Shown piece by piece: positions 10,901-23,031 of a stretch of DNA of 64,000 nucleotides. Source of the stretch: Zootoca vivipara (lineage: Eukaryota). Location: positions 74,090,001 through 74,154,000 of the forward strand of contig NC_083281.1 of NCBI RefSeq assembly GCF_963506605.1, read 5' to 3'. Below the pieces are notes generated by a model. The model saw only the letters and a list, made by a program, of their open reading frames with translations. It was not told the origin of the DNA and searched no databases. Each line of letters starts with the position of its first letter. The first letter of the stretch is position 1. Made by a program: the position numbers and the translations under genes.

Positions 10901-13900
10901 GCGACTCGAAGCCCTGTGGCCACACTCTTCGCAGACAAACAGCTTCTCCCCGCGGTGCTTGAAGGCCTCGTGGAGGTGTAGCTCCGTCCGCGACAGGAAG
11001 CACTTGGAGCAGGCAGAGCACTGAAGAAGGAAGAGGAGGAAGGATGGACTTGGGTCAGGGACGCGCCTCTTGCGGACCAAGCGGCCTTGCGGAGGAGGCC
11101 TCAGGCTCAACCAACTTCCTCGCAGACTTCCCCTTCCCCCCCATTAACATCCCTGGAGCTCGGACTTCCCTTCATTCTCGCATGTTAGGAAAGGTGCCAT
11201 CTCCCAAACAAACCATATTCCCTGTCTCCACTGGGCTTACCGTAACAAACAGGTTTCAGAAAAAAATAAGGTGTTCTTAAAAAGAAAAAAAGATGACAAG
11301 TCATAATCGCCAGTAACGAAGTATTGTATGAAGCTGTGCGATTAACTGGGTCAATAATACAAGCGTAGTAAAAGGGAAAGGAAGTGTGGGTTGTGATGAC
11401 AGAATCAAAGCAATTGCAAGTTTTTGTTTTAACAAAGAAGATTTAAAAGTAACCTTGGAGTGTACTAAACCCAGACACTTACATACTCCCTGTGAGGCCT
11501 GATTCTCCTGAGCTGCTGTGTTTCCATATAAAATAAAAATTAAACTCAATGGCGAAGAAGCCATCTCAAGCACTTTGTCCCCTGGACATTTTCAGCTTAG
11601 GTGAGATTTTCCCAAGAAAGGCGATTTGCCAAGTCTTGGCAAACACCGACACTCACCGCGTGTGGCTTGGGGGCCCCGTGTAGCTTGATGAGGTGGCTCT
11701 GCAGGTCCTTCTTCTGCATGAACTGCTGGATGCAGGAAGAGCACTGGAACACAAAGGGACACAAGAGCCGCAGGTCATTGGCGGATGAGGGTTGCTATAT
11801 ATATTTTTTGTTTTCATTTGAAAAGAAAAGCCATTTCTCACACTGAACCACACCTTACAAAACTAACCTTCCCTCCATACAGTTATCTGAATAACGTCCC
11901 ACATATTACAAAGGATGTTAAAAACAAAAATGGGAGATTCCGAAAACAAAGGATAATCCCTCATATTTATAGGGTGAGGTGTAGAGCTAGAATAATTTTG
12001 AAGGTCTACTTTCTTCTCTTTTCCCCTTTCATCAAAGCGGGAGGCTTCCCAAATTGATTACTGTAGCATCCTTAAGGTTTGGTGGGAATCTGATCAAGAG
12101 GCATTGCAGGGACACAATGGCCCTCGGGGTCCCTTCCAACCTTTACAATTCTGGATACTTACACATTGTACTGCAAGCACCTGTCTGTCAATTTTAATGT
12201 ATAAAACAAAGACTTGCTGTGCGCTCATAAAGGAGACTTTTTTTCATTTGGCCTCAACTTAAACCAACTTTTCCGTTACTTGGTTAGACCATTCGTCTTT
12301 AGGAACCCCCTCAAAATGCTTCCAAATCTTTCTAATAATCATCCCTGTAACCTTCAAGTATTCTGTTAACCCTTTTATGGGCTACTCCTTCATTAGGGCT
12401 GTTCCTGGAAGTCCTACAGTAGCCATTGGTAACAAAGGATACAGCACCATCCATAGAGCAGACCTGAGCCTACAAGGGCGAGAGGAACCTCAGCTCCAAG
12501 CCTCTGTGCTTAGCTGTGCACCTGGCCAGGGAGCTCAGGTACAGCTTCTGTTCCTGATGCTAGCCTTCCCCTCCCACCAAAACATGGGGCCCTCCCGAAG
12601 TTTTGGACCACAACTCCCATCAGCCCCAGCTGGCAGGGCTGCTTTGTAGCTTCAAAGGGAAGGTTGGAGATATGTGAATCGCTCATCTTCCCCGAAGTAA
12701 AGTGGCCTGTCACAAGGCAGCCAGAAAGACTTGGGGGCAAGGCAGGCTGACCTTATAGGGCATCTCTCCCGTATGGGACACCATGTGCACACGGAGCTCC
12801 ATCCGCCTCTTGAACATCTCTTGACAGACAGAGCAGGTGAAAACCTGGACAGAAAAGGGAAAGTGACATTCAGGGAGCTGGGGGGGTGGGGAAGCCCTGC
12901 ATAGAACTGCCACTTCCAAGGGGAGCGAGCAAACCTACATTTTCAAGAAACGCACCCAGAGACTCTGCTGCTTCAGGAAGCAGGCAGAGAAATTTAAGAA
13001 CAGCCCTACTGGATCAGGCCACTCACCCATCTAGTCCAGCATCCTGTTTTCACAGGGAACAACCAGATATCCCAGAGGGAAACCCGCAAGCAGGATTCAA
13101 GCCCAAGGGCAGCACTCTCCCCTCCTGTGGCTTCCAGCCTCTATGTGCGGCCTCATGTGGCTTTTCGCCAGTCAAAACACATAGAGGCTGGAAGCCACAG
13201 GAGGGGAGAGTGCTGCCCTTGGGGCCTAGTGCTGCCATCTCTGCGGCTGGTGTGTTTGCAACTCAATGCTTCTGAAGGCAGCCCTGAAGACATCTGAAGG
13301 CAGCCCTGTTTAGGGAGCCTTTTAATGTTTAATAGATTACTGTGTTTTATTTTTCTGTTGGAAGCCGCCCAGAGTGGCTGGGGAAACCCAGCCAGATGGA
13401 CGGGGTAGAAATAATAAATGATGATGCTGCTGACAGGCTGTATCAGTGTCAGCTCCCTGGTGGGTGATACAGGATTTGAACCCGGGTCTTCTACATCTCA
13501 ACTTGGCCTTCTCTCTTGGGCACCACAACAGCCTCCACCCACCCAGTACATCAGGGCTGTTCCTTCAACAGCACTGCAAGTGTCTGTGTGCTTTCCAGCT
13601 GTAACCCCCTCCTTCCCATACCTGCTCTGAACGGTTCATGCAGTTCCTGGCTTCGTGCTCCAGCAGGTTCTCCTTCCGGAAGTAGCATTTCCCGCACTTG
13701 GAACATTCAAAGGGCTTCTCACCAGTGTGCTTTCTGCAGGTTACAATAATTTTTTTTAATAAAAAAAAACAGAGTGACCCACTGCAAGTAGTCTTGCAAG
13801 GCGGGGGGGGGCACTGTTGTGCTCTGGTCGCTCAAGGGGACTCACCTTAAACCAGGGACCAGTAGAAGGTAGATCAGGGTCCTCTGATCTGGGTGATTTG

Positions 13901-16900
13901 GCCTGCTATCAGGCAAACTGCATTTTCAATTGCTGGTTCTAAATGTGTTTTGATGTATTTTAGCTACCGTTTTTAACTAGTTAGTTTTTATTAATTTGTA
14001 TCTTACAACGATGCTTTTGAATGTTAGAAGCTGCCTTCAGAATGGCAGGATATAAATACATTAAAATAAAATAAAATAAAACAGCAACAACAACCACAGC
14101 AGTTGACTGTCAGGAGTTTGTGACTCCCAATTGTTTAACAATACCAACCGACACCTTCCTTCCCCACTCCAGAGCTAAATCTGGCTGCTGAAACAAAGGA
14201 AGTCTGGAGTAACCAGAAGTAGACAACTGTCTGAGATGAGATCAGTCCAGTTCTGGTCCTGAAAACAAATCCCTCCACGCAGAATGTGCTCAAAGGCACC
14301 TGTCCTGGACTCCTAAGTTTTGCACCTGGGCTCTCTGGCTTCTAATAAGAAGCCAAGTTTGGAGTCTGCCCATTCCTGCTCCAAATGCTGGGCAAGGAGC
14401 CAACCATGCCTCAATTCACAAGCTGGTTCTTGGGGCAAAAGAGGCAGCCCGTATCTTTGTGAGCGTGACATTCTCCCCAGCACAAGGCATGCGAACTTGC
14501 CTGTTGTGCACCTTGAGATAGTACTTGCTGAGAAAGGACTTGTGGCAAGTGGGGCATTCAACTGGTCCCGTCGCACCCCTGCGGCCTCCCAGCACCCCGG
14601 CTTCCAGCAGGCCGCTGTTCCCAGCAGTCTTGGAGCTGCTGGGCTTCCTGGACAGGTGAGTTCTCCTTTTGGTCCTCACGCTCTTCTTCCCGGGAATGTA
14701 ATCCTCATCCCTTTCCTTGCTCCCTCCTACATCATCTTCAGCGGTCAGGTCATTCGAGCCCAGAGCCTCTTGCATTTCCTGCTGTGAGAAAACAGGACAG
14801 TAACTTCTACACATCCACCCAAACACAACTTCTTGTACTAATAAACAGAATCCTCCACAAAGGCTAGCCACTTGACCAGTTAAAAAATAATAATACTTGG
14901 CCATATATGATGGTCAAGTATTTAAAACATTCATTTAGTACAACTGCAAGAAAGGAACTAACTATATGCTAATTTCAATCCTGCCAATTAGTTAAGCGTT
15001 CCAAGTAAAAGTTCTGTTGTCATCAAGTGTTATTTGTAGCCTAATCACATAGTGCAAATAAGAGATGCGGGTGAAACAAGTTCAGGAGATTCAACCATTC
15101 TCCTTTACTTTATCCCAGTACCTGAGGAATTGCCCAAACCATTGTAAATGTTGTTTATAATGAAATTTTAAACTCACACAGCAGCTCTAAGACAAAGGTA
15201 CTTTGATGCTCTATGGGTGTTTTGGACCACAACACTGGGACAGATGGGAGCTGTAGCCCAAATATTCTGGAGGGCATGAGGCTGGAGGAAGCTGCTATAC
15301 ATACATAGCTAGACTATTTTACCCTTTAAACAGGTCAAACCTGGTTTAGCAATGGAGTGTAAACTTGAGAAGGTGCTGCTGAAGTTGATCGTGGCCCCTT
15401 ACACATTTTCAGGTGTGCACTTAAAACCTTTGGTATTCAACTAAAGATAAAATATGCAGGGGGGTCCCCAAGACCCCTGTGAGCACACAGTCCTCATATC
15501 ACCAGCTCTATCGGTTCCATTAAATAGACTGGCTGCCACCCACACAAATACATTTTCACCATCCCTGGAATTATCTGGACTGTGTTACTATTAGGCTGTG
15601 GACTGTTAACTGACAGTATCAGAGGAGTGACCTCTGAGTTTCCTAATATTTAGACTAAGCGCCACCTTTTTCAAGAACACAACACACAACCAAACTACTA
15701 TGGGATGGATGAACTGGCCTTTGTCTCCCCTGGCCTCCCCCAAAATCTAAGGCAGTCCCTCCCCATTTCCTGAGATGCTTATTCTGTTCAGTTTCTCAGA
15801 ACAACAGCTGCCTGAACCTAGAACCCCAACAGGCAGCTCTCAATCTTGCAGAGGCAGCTTGATTGAGTAGGCCAAACCAATCCCTCCACCATTCTACATG
15901 GAACTACAGTTAGGTTTCTTCTCTGATATCTCACAACCCATTGTGACTTTCAGCTGCAGTAAAACATTTTTAGCATTTTGTTAGAGAGACCTGGCCTTTG
16001 GGACAAACAAGAAAGCAAATTGGACTTAGAAGATTCAGAATCTCCTTGTTTACATAGACTCACAGCTCAAACCTGCACTGTGTGTATGTGAGAGAGAGGG
16101 AGCTTGCTACTGCAGTATGACCCCCATCTGCAGGTTTTGGAGCACTAACAGCAGCCAGGCCTTGAAATCAGAGCTGTTAGTTATTTCTGAGTTGCTTTTA
16201 TTAGTCCGTGCTGTACTGGGACAAAGTGCACAGTTTTGTTGATGCCTGTTGACATGTGTGATATTTCTGCATCGCCTGGATTTGCTGTACAGTACATGGA
16301 TGTGTGCTGCTTTGGAAACAACAGGCCTGCGTAGACCTGCTGTTAAAACATGTGAGTCTGCACCATGCCTCATTGTATTTATTTGGTGCTTTAACAAAAA
16401 GAAAGGTAAATGAAATGAGGATTCTGCACTTTAAATTCTGCATCACAAAAACTGCAACATGCACGAATTGCTGATTCTAACAAAGCTCTAAGTACAAGCT
16501 GGGATGAATTTGTGACTCATCCATCTAGCGTGTTTTTGTCATTGTTCAGTATTATTAAAATTAGGCAGCTGGGAAACAATGAAATAATAGTTTTCCTACA
16601 GCCACTATACCTATTTACACATACAGTTGTACCTCTAGTTACGTGTGCTTCAGGTGGCATACGACACAGGATACGTACGTGCCGAACCCAGAAGTAACAG
16701 AACGGGTTGCGCAGGTGCGCCGAATTGCGTGGGGAGCATGCGCAGATTTGGCGCTTCAGGGTAAGTACTGCTCTGGATGCATACGGGGCTCCAGAACGGA
16801 TCCCGTTCGTATCCAGAGGTACAACTGTGCAGAAAAAAATACTATGAAAGATCCCACCTACCCAGAAACACTGTGTATAGCCCTATTCAAAATCCCCACA

Positions 16901-19303
16901 AATCAGGTCAAGGCTGTTTAATGTACACAACTTTCAGACTCTTGTAAATCTCAAAAACTTGCATTTTCGAATAGTTAAGTCTCTAGTCCTCGTAATTTCT
17001 CAGATAAGCTGGAGAGCTGCACAAAGACCAGACCATAGTTCTCAAGTTCTCCCTTTTTTTTAGGGGAAATTCCCTTATGCTGAATAGGCTTCCTCGCGAG
17101 AAAAGGGAAAACTTGACAGCTATGGACCAGATTAACTGAACACCTGTGGTTACTAACTACAAACTTCTTGAGCCATTCCAGGTTGTTGGAAGATAGTCCA
17201 CCATAGTAAAGCGACTTGAATTTTTCAACTTTCGAATTCCAAAAATGAGGGGTGCCAAAAAGTTGTAACATCAATATGTTTTGGTTACCGTAAATACAAT
17301 TTAGTTTTGCTTGTTAAGTAAAATGTGTGTAAAACTGCAAGGAAATCATTAAAAATGACTGCCAAGTACTTGCAGTTAAAGGTAAAGGTACCCCTGACCG
17401 TTAGGTCCAGTCGCGAACGACTCTGGGATTGCGGCGCTCATTTCGCTCTATAGGCCGAGGGAGCCAGCGTTTGTCCGCAGACAACTTCTGGGTCATGTGG
17501 CCAGCATGACGAAGCCACTTCTGGCGAATCAGAGCAGCGCACGGAAACGCCGTTTGCCTTCCCACCAGAGCAGTACCTATTTATCTACTTGCACTTTGAC
17601 ATGCTTTCGAACTGCTAGGTGGGCAGGAGCTGGGACCGAGCAACAGGAGCTCACCACATCACGGGGATCCAAACTGCCAACCTTCTGATCGGCAAGCCGT
17701 AGGCATCTTGCGCCACCCGCATCTTGCAGTTACATTATATATTAATTTTTTCATTTAGCATTACCTGACATTTTCAGAAGGTAGAATTAAACTTCTTTAG
17801 TTTTCCAAAAAGCAGTTTATGTGCTTCTTCATCAGGCATGGACTTACCAAGCTAAATGTTGTCCAATCACAAAAACACCAGATTTGAATTCCTCACACCC
17901 AAAAACGTATTTTTAAGACCCCTCACTGAAGAAATTTGCAATAATTGAAGAAACACTCCCTAAACTGACAAGCCCTACCACCATAGGCATTTCTGATCTG
18001 AGTAACCACATACGTACATTTGGGTTCACTGCAGCATAAACCAGATTCCTCATCTGCTTTCTGGAGGTGCAGAAGCTTGCCAGTTTGAATTACGGGAAAC
18101 ATCTATGGAAGCTTATTAGCAGTTCCATGCCTTAAAAATTGGCAATGATGAACAAACTGACTGGAACACAGTTTCCCAATCCTCCTGCAACATGTACAAG
18201 TGCAAGACAGGCTTGACTACCTTCCTGAACATACTCTTGCCTTAAGGCCCTCTGAAAACTGAACATGTATGCCAGGGCGTATCCCAGCATCCTCTGCAAA
18301 GTTGTTCTGCACACCAGAAAAAGCTTCCCCAAAGACCCCAAGTTGCTTCCCCACAGCTGCGAGTCCCTAAATGCCAGAACATGCAGTAACCCCAGAGATC
18401 TTGAATTCCCCACCCCCATCCCTGAGACACCCAGCCCCTTGGTGCAGGTCCCCACCCATGCTCCCACATTAAGACAAGCAGCAAAGGCGTTCTGCTGCTT
18501 TGTCCCCGCCAACAATGCTCGCTGCTTTAAGGCGCCTTTATTCTCAAACAGGGACAGGGCTTGTCGCGGACAAAGGCAACCCCTTTCTGTTAGCACATGA
18601 CTCCACACGCCACCTCATGATTGGCGCCCGCATCCTCGGCGGCTCCTCTTTTCAGTGGCCTTTTTAGGAGCTCCTTACATTCCGGGGTGCTCTTTACTTC
18701 ACCTGCATTGCTTAGCGCTATTGTTTTGGGGGACCTTTTCAGCCTTCCCCGAAGGAGACAGGGGCTCTCTCTTTGGCCCTGGGCCACTTTGCTGCCCCGG
18801 ATGCAGGGGCTCGGGCTGACTTCTCGGGCAGAGTCACCTGAGGGCACAGCACCACCAAGGGCCGGCTCTCCCTGCATCTCGGCTAGCGCTTCGGAGTGAT
18901 CCCCAAGGTCCTTTGCGAGCGAAAACGGGCCATTCTGGTCGCCGCCGTCCAAGCGCTCAGGCTTGAACTCCTGGCAAAGCCTGACTGCCTCTGGGATACA
19001 GAGCTCCTTGGCCGCCTCGAGAAGTTTCTCCCAGTTTTCCGCGGTGATGGCCAGGTGGCCTGTATAGAAGAAGTCGAGGAGGGGCGTGAAGATCTCCACA
19101 AAGGTCTCTGGCAGGATGATTCTGCTGGAAGCTCCGTCGTACATGCTCCGGAAGAAGGAGCTGCAGCATGCCAAGACACTCCAGTGTGCCTTGAACACCA
19201 AGCTGCCCACTGCCAGGGTGGCATCGCAGTACTGCCCACTCTCCCGCTGCTTGTTAAGTTCCTGCAGGACACGCACACTGTGCTGGACAAAGGAGCCCTC
19301 CAT
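7976..19303 (-). CDS. ZBTB48: BTB/zinc-finger protein 48 (TZAP, telomere-binding), complete ~700 aa: exons 19303-18614, 14781-14501, 13733-13622, 12844-12752, 11743-11657, 11020-10866, 10772-10636, 9773-9609, 9078-8990, 8269-7976
   Basis: N-terminal [33 protein letters not shown], then 11 zinc fingers from [21 protein letters not shown] to [21 protein letters not shown], followed by [16 protein letters not shown]. Exon lengths sum to 2103 nt in frame, ending in TAG at 7978-7976. Confidence 0.96.
8910..8937. repeat. (CA)n microsatellite
   Basis: Visible dinucleotide run. Confidence 0.9.
9985..10320 (-). mobile_element. Candidate solo LTR in a ZBTB48 intron
   Basis: The minus strand reads TGTCAGG...AATAAAA...CCGCAACA (TG..CA ends, internal polyA signal near the 3' end) and is CpG-richer than its flanks. 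No clean TSD. Confidence 0.45.
13102..13223. repeat. Perfect 46-bp inverted repeat with 30-nt spacer
   Basis: 13102-13147 is the exact reverse complement of 13178-13223. Confidence 0.95.
13271..13420 (+). mobile_element. L2-type LINE 3' tail fragment
   Basis: GAAGCCGCCCAGAGTGGCTGGGGAAACCCAGCCAGATGG..AAATAATAAAT; the same tail recurs at ~57310-57380. A 16-bp TCTGAAGGCAGCCCTG is duplicated at its 5' junction. Confidence 0.55.
16624..16827. mobile_element. Tc1/pogo (Tigger-like) MITE
   Basis: TA|CAGTTGTACCTCT ... AGAGGTACAACTG|TG: perfect 13-bp TIRs, CpG-rich interior. Confidence 0.7.
17034..17124. mobile_element. 91-bp hAT-type MITE
   Basis: TIRs CATAGTTCTCAAGTTCTCCCTTT / AAAGGGAAAACTTGACAGCTATG (23 bp, 3 mismatches); 8-bp TSD GACCAGAC / GACCAGAT. 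Confidence 0.7.
17379..17722 (-). mobile_element. Sauria SINE
   Basis: (ACCTTT)n tail, GCAAGTAGATAAATAGGTAC core and tRNA-like head; flanked by a perfect 10-bp TSD CTTGCAGTTA (17369-17378, 17723-17732). Confidence 0.85.
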
Positions 19304-20789
19304 GGTTTGCTGCAAGAGAGAAACAAAGTGCAGGAGAAGAAGGGTCAGGGATTCTTTAGCTAGGATTCCTACATTGCGGAGGGTTGGACTCGATCAGAAC
19401 TTGGGTCTCCGGCTGTTTTTTGGACTATAGCTCCCATCAACCCTACCTAGTAGGATCAGTGGTCAGGGGTGATGGGAACTGTAGTCCAAAACAGCTGGAG
19501 ATGCAAGTTTGGGAAAACCTGGACCAGATGAACCCTTTGGGTAATTGTAACATTCTGTGATTGTAAGTGGATGGAAACATTGAAATCCAAGCTAAGTACA
19601 ATGTGAGGTAGGCTGCTCTTCTTGGCAATCAGGCAGGGGTAGAGAACAAAACTCTTATGTATTCCTTATTATAATTGTATTTATATAATTGCTTTTATTT
19701 CCAAGTTGCACAGATACTGCTTTATGACATTTGTGTTGTACACTGTAAACAGCCCTATGGTCTTCTGATGAAGGGCTGGGTCAGTATATGAATGTAATAT
19801 AGAGCAATAATATTTATTTATTAAAAAAAATAACAAATAATAATGTTAATGGGTGTTGCTTTAATTGTATAAGAAGCCTCGAGTCCTGGTCTGGGAAAAG
19901 GGTGGGAAATAAATATAATAATGATAAAAATAATAATTAAGAGGGTATGGGCTCTGGGCACAAACTGAATTATTTAGTCAACTGCATTAACATCTGAAAA
20001 AAATTGGTTCCTTCATACCCCAGACCCAAACAACAGCATAAAAAATAGATGGAATGAGCAGGACTGTGACTGTCTTTCTTTCCTCTTACAACTTTTCAGC
20101 TAAAAATGAAAAAGCAAATTATGTGTCCACAGCAAAACCTGAGTGTTCATTTGCAGTGTCCCCCAGGGAAGATAATTGGTGAGCAGAGCCCAACCAGTGT
20201 TAATATTATACCAATTATTAACACTCCCCTCTCTCGAAACACCAGGGAGCAAAACGCAAATTGCAAAGCCAAATTACTCCCCAAACGAAAAGGTCCCTGC
20301 AAGCCTGATCATAAGAAAAACAAAAAAGCAACATCTCTGAGCAGGAGTAACCCCCCCCCCACTCCCTTCTGTGTAAAAATGCTTGGAGATGAACTAATGC
20401 AGGGGTGGGCTGGGGGGCTGTCAGACTACAGCTCCCATCATCCTTATCCATTGGCTGTGCTGGTGCTGATGGGAGTTGGAGTCCAACAACTGCAGGGCGC
20501 ACACACACCCCAAGTCATGGTTGGGCGGGAGGAATGGGCTGTTTTGGAGGGTTAATGACTGAAATGAAAGGAAGGCGGGGGGGGGCGGTATTACCATTCA
20601 GGTTAAAGGAAGGCTGCAGGTGGCGAACTGCCAGTTCAGTTTAATTAATAAGCAAGTGACCAACAAGGAAGGGGGGTTTCACTGCCTCTTCCCCCACCCC
20701 CAATAGCCGGTGGTCTCCCTCTTATTATGGGATAGTGGAAACTTGGGGAAACAACCCACAAGCTGGGGGGGGCACTACTTTCCCCCACC

Positions 20790-21150
20790 CCGCCAACGAC
20801 GCGCACTTTTAAACGCCCCTCACCCGCTTACCTCGGCTCTGCCCTCCTCCCTCCCCTCTTATAGCGCGCCCAGCCCAGGCACAGGAGGGAAAGAGAGGAG
20901 TCAAAGCGCCGCCATCTTGGACCGAGCAGGGACGTCGTGACGTCAGCACGGCGGCTGCGGGATGGGGCGGGCGGAAGATATGCTGATAAAGAAGGCGGGG
21001 CGACCGGTGACGCCCCGCCCCTCTCGTTCAGCTCCAAAGCAACGCTGCCCAAGCGGTTCATCCGGCGCAGGATCCGAATCGAATTAAGGGGGTTTCATCG
21101 AATCACAGAGCTATAGAGCTGGGAGGGAGGGATCTCAAGGCGCGGTCCCT
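20790..21150 (-). promoter_or_regulatory. CpG-island promoter of ZBTB48
   Basis: CpG-dense. Contains a YY1-type GCCGCCATCTT (20908-20918), a full CRE TGACGTCA (20938-20945), GC boxes (GGGGCGGG, CCCCGCCC) and ETS-like CGGAAG. No obvious TATA box. Confidence 0.75.
20832..20925 (-). other. ZBTB48: Probable non-coding first exon of ZBTB48
   Basis: Strong donor GAG|GTAAGC at 20832/20831 inside the CpG island. The coding exon has an acceptor (TTGCAG|CAAACCATG) only 6 nt before its ATG, so an upstream exon is required. The TSS position is approximate. Confidence 0.65.
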
Positions 21151-23031
21151 CACCCAACTTGAAACCATACCGGACCCTGTTTAGTTTAGCAAACGTGCTA
21201 ACAGTTTTATTGCTACACTTGGCTGCTTTCTTTTGGAAATGAAGTTTCTTTCTTGCAGCCGCAGGATAAACAAAGCTGCCCTAGCCCACAGCAAAGCTGT
21301 CAGTCCCACTAGCACCATCACATGCCTTCCTTCCTGCTGTCAACCGTCCCATCAAATCAAGAGACCGCAGTCGCTGGTACCGAGTTTCCAACGTATTAGA
21401 AAAAAGCAGCCAGGGCAAGAGCAAACCAACAGATTATGCCAAGCCCACAAATGGCACTGTTTTCCATATTCAGTGAATAAAAATCTTGGGTCTATTGTAG
21501 AAGGAATTTTAATTTTACTGCTGTAAGATTGTGCCTTGCAAAAAAAATGGGGGGGGGGAGCCCCCATTTCTAATGAATAATAATTGCACTTTAGCCTTGG
21601 TTGTTATTAGTGTGCAAGCTTTCGGGTGCCACATAGCTCTTCAACAACAGGGCAGGTGAAGTCCCACAAAGCAAAGTTGAGGTGAAGGAGAAAAACAAGC
21701 AATAGCTCGAAACTTAAAAATGAGGCTAAGCATTGCAGCTTTGAGAATGGCAAACTGTGGAGGCTGTAAATTATCGAGCAAGGAGGTCCTTGCTGAGCCA
21801 GGGATTCCCTCCCGCAATGTGTGAAGCAGGGACTCCCCCTCCCCCTCCCCATATAAGGCTGTGTCTGAAGCTTGGTGGGATGAGGTCCTCCCCTGGGAGC
21901 CCCCTTCTATTCATTTAACAAAGTGTATTATATACCGTTTGACTATTTTTTAAAAAACACATCTGGTTTGTGACATTTAAGTGAGGGGTGGGGCGTTGTT
22001 TCCTTGGCAACCCACCTACCTGGTCTCTGGGCGTTGCTCCTCCTTATTTTTGATGTTCCGTCAGAATGTTGAGGCACCTGTTTCTCTCTCTGCCGCCTGG
22101 CTCAAACACCTATCTCTTCAGGTCCATCTTTTCGTTTCTCTCATGAATCAGGTTATTCTCCATAAAGCCCCGTTTGCAAAGGGAGACCATCTCCTCCTCC
22201 TTTTAAATACAGTACTGTAGAAAACTCGTACATCCCAAGTTGAGGGTTCAGGGGTGTGTGTAGCACAGTATTACAAGATCTGCTTTTAATGCTGAGGGTG
22301 GGGCTGAGAATCTCCCCCATCAGAAAACCAGCTGCTGCCAGTCTGTGTGGGCAATACTGAGCTAGATGGGAACAATGGTCTGACTTGGTAGAAGGCTGCT
22401 TCCTGTATATACAGTATCCTGTAATAATAATTCCACCCAAGCAACAGATGAGGAGGTGGCATGGACCTGAAGGAATGGAGGTTACTTGTGTAAGGAATGC
22501 CTCTGAATACCCGGTGCAGAGGACCACAAACTGCTACATTCACACCCTCTGTAACAAAACCTTAATTGCAATTCCCTCGAGTTGATTGCACCACCCTTCT
22601 CAACTGGATACAAGCAGCAGGGCTCACATCATCCTTCAGAAAACTTGCTCTCCCCGGGGAGGCTCACCTGATGTCATCATTGCAGTACAAGTAAAAGCAT
22701 TCCGTTTTAACCAGTCCTTTGGCCTATGGCCTTTGTGAGGGGGTGCAATGTTTTGATACTTTTGTTGTTGTTGTTGTTGTTAAGGTATGCTTTTGTTCTT
22801 TGTTTCAAAGAACATAGAGCCACCACTGAAAAGGCCCATTCTCATGTTGCCACTCTCTGGATCTCCTGTGCACATGAAGAAGGGCCTTGGATTACGATTG
22901 CAAGGTCCAGATTGGATCATATGTATAGTCTCTTGTCTTTTTAGTGCAGCTGTGGAAGTTTTCCAGGTGGGGCTGGGAAAGACCTGTGACCCTGCCCCCC
23001 CATCAGAAGCCCTGCCAGTCAGTGTGTAGGC

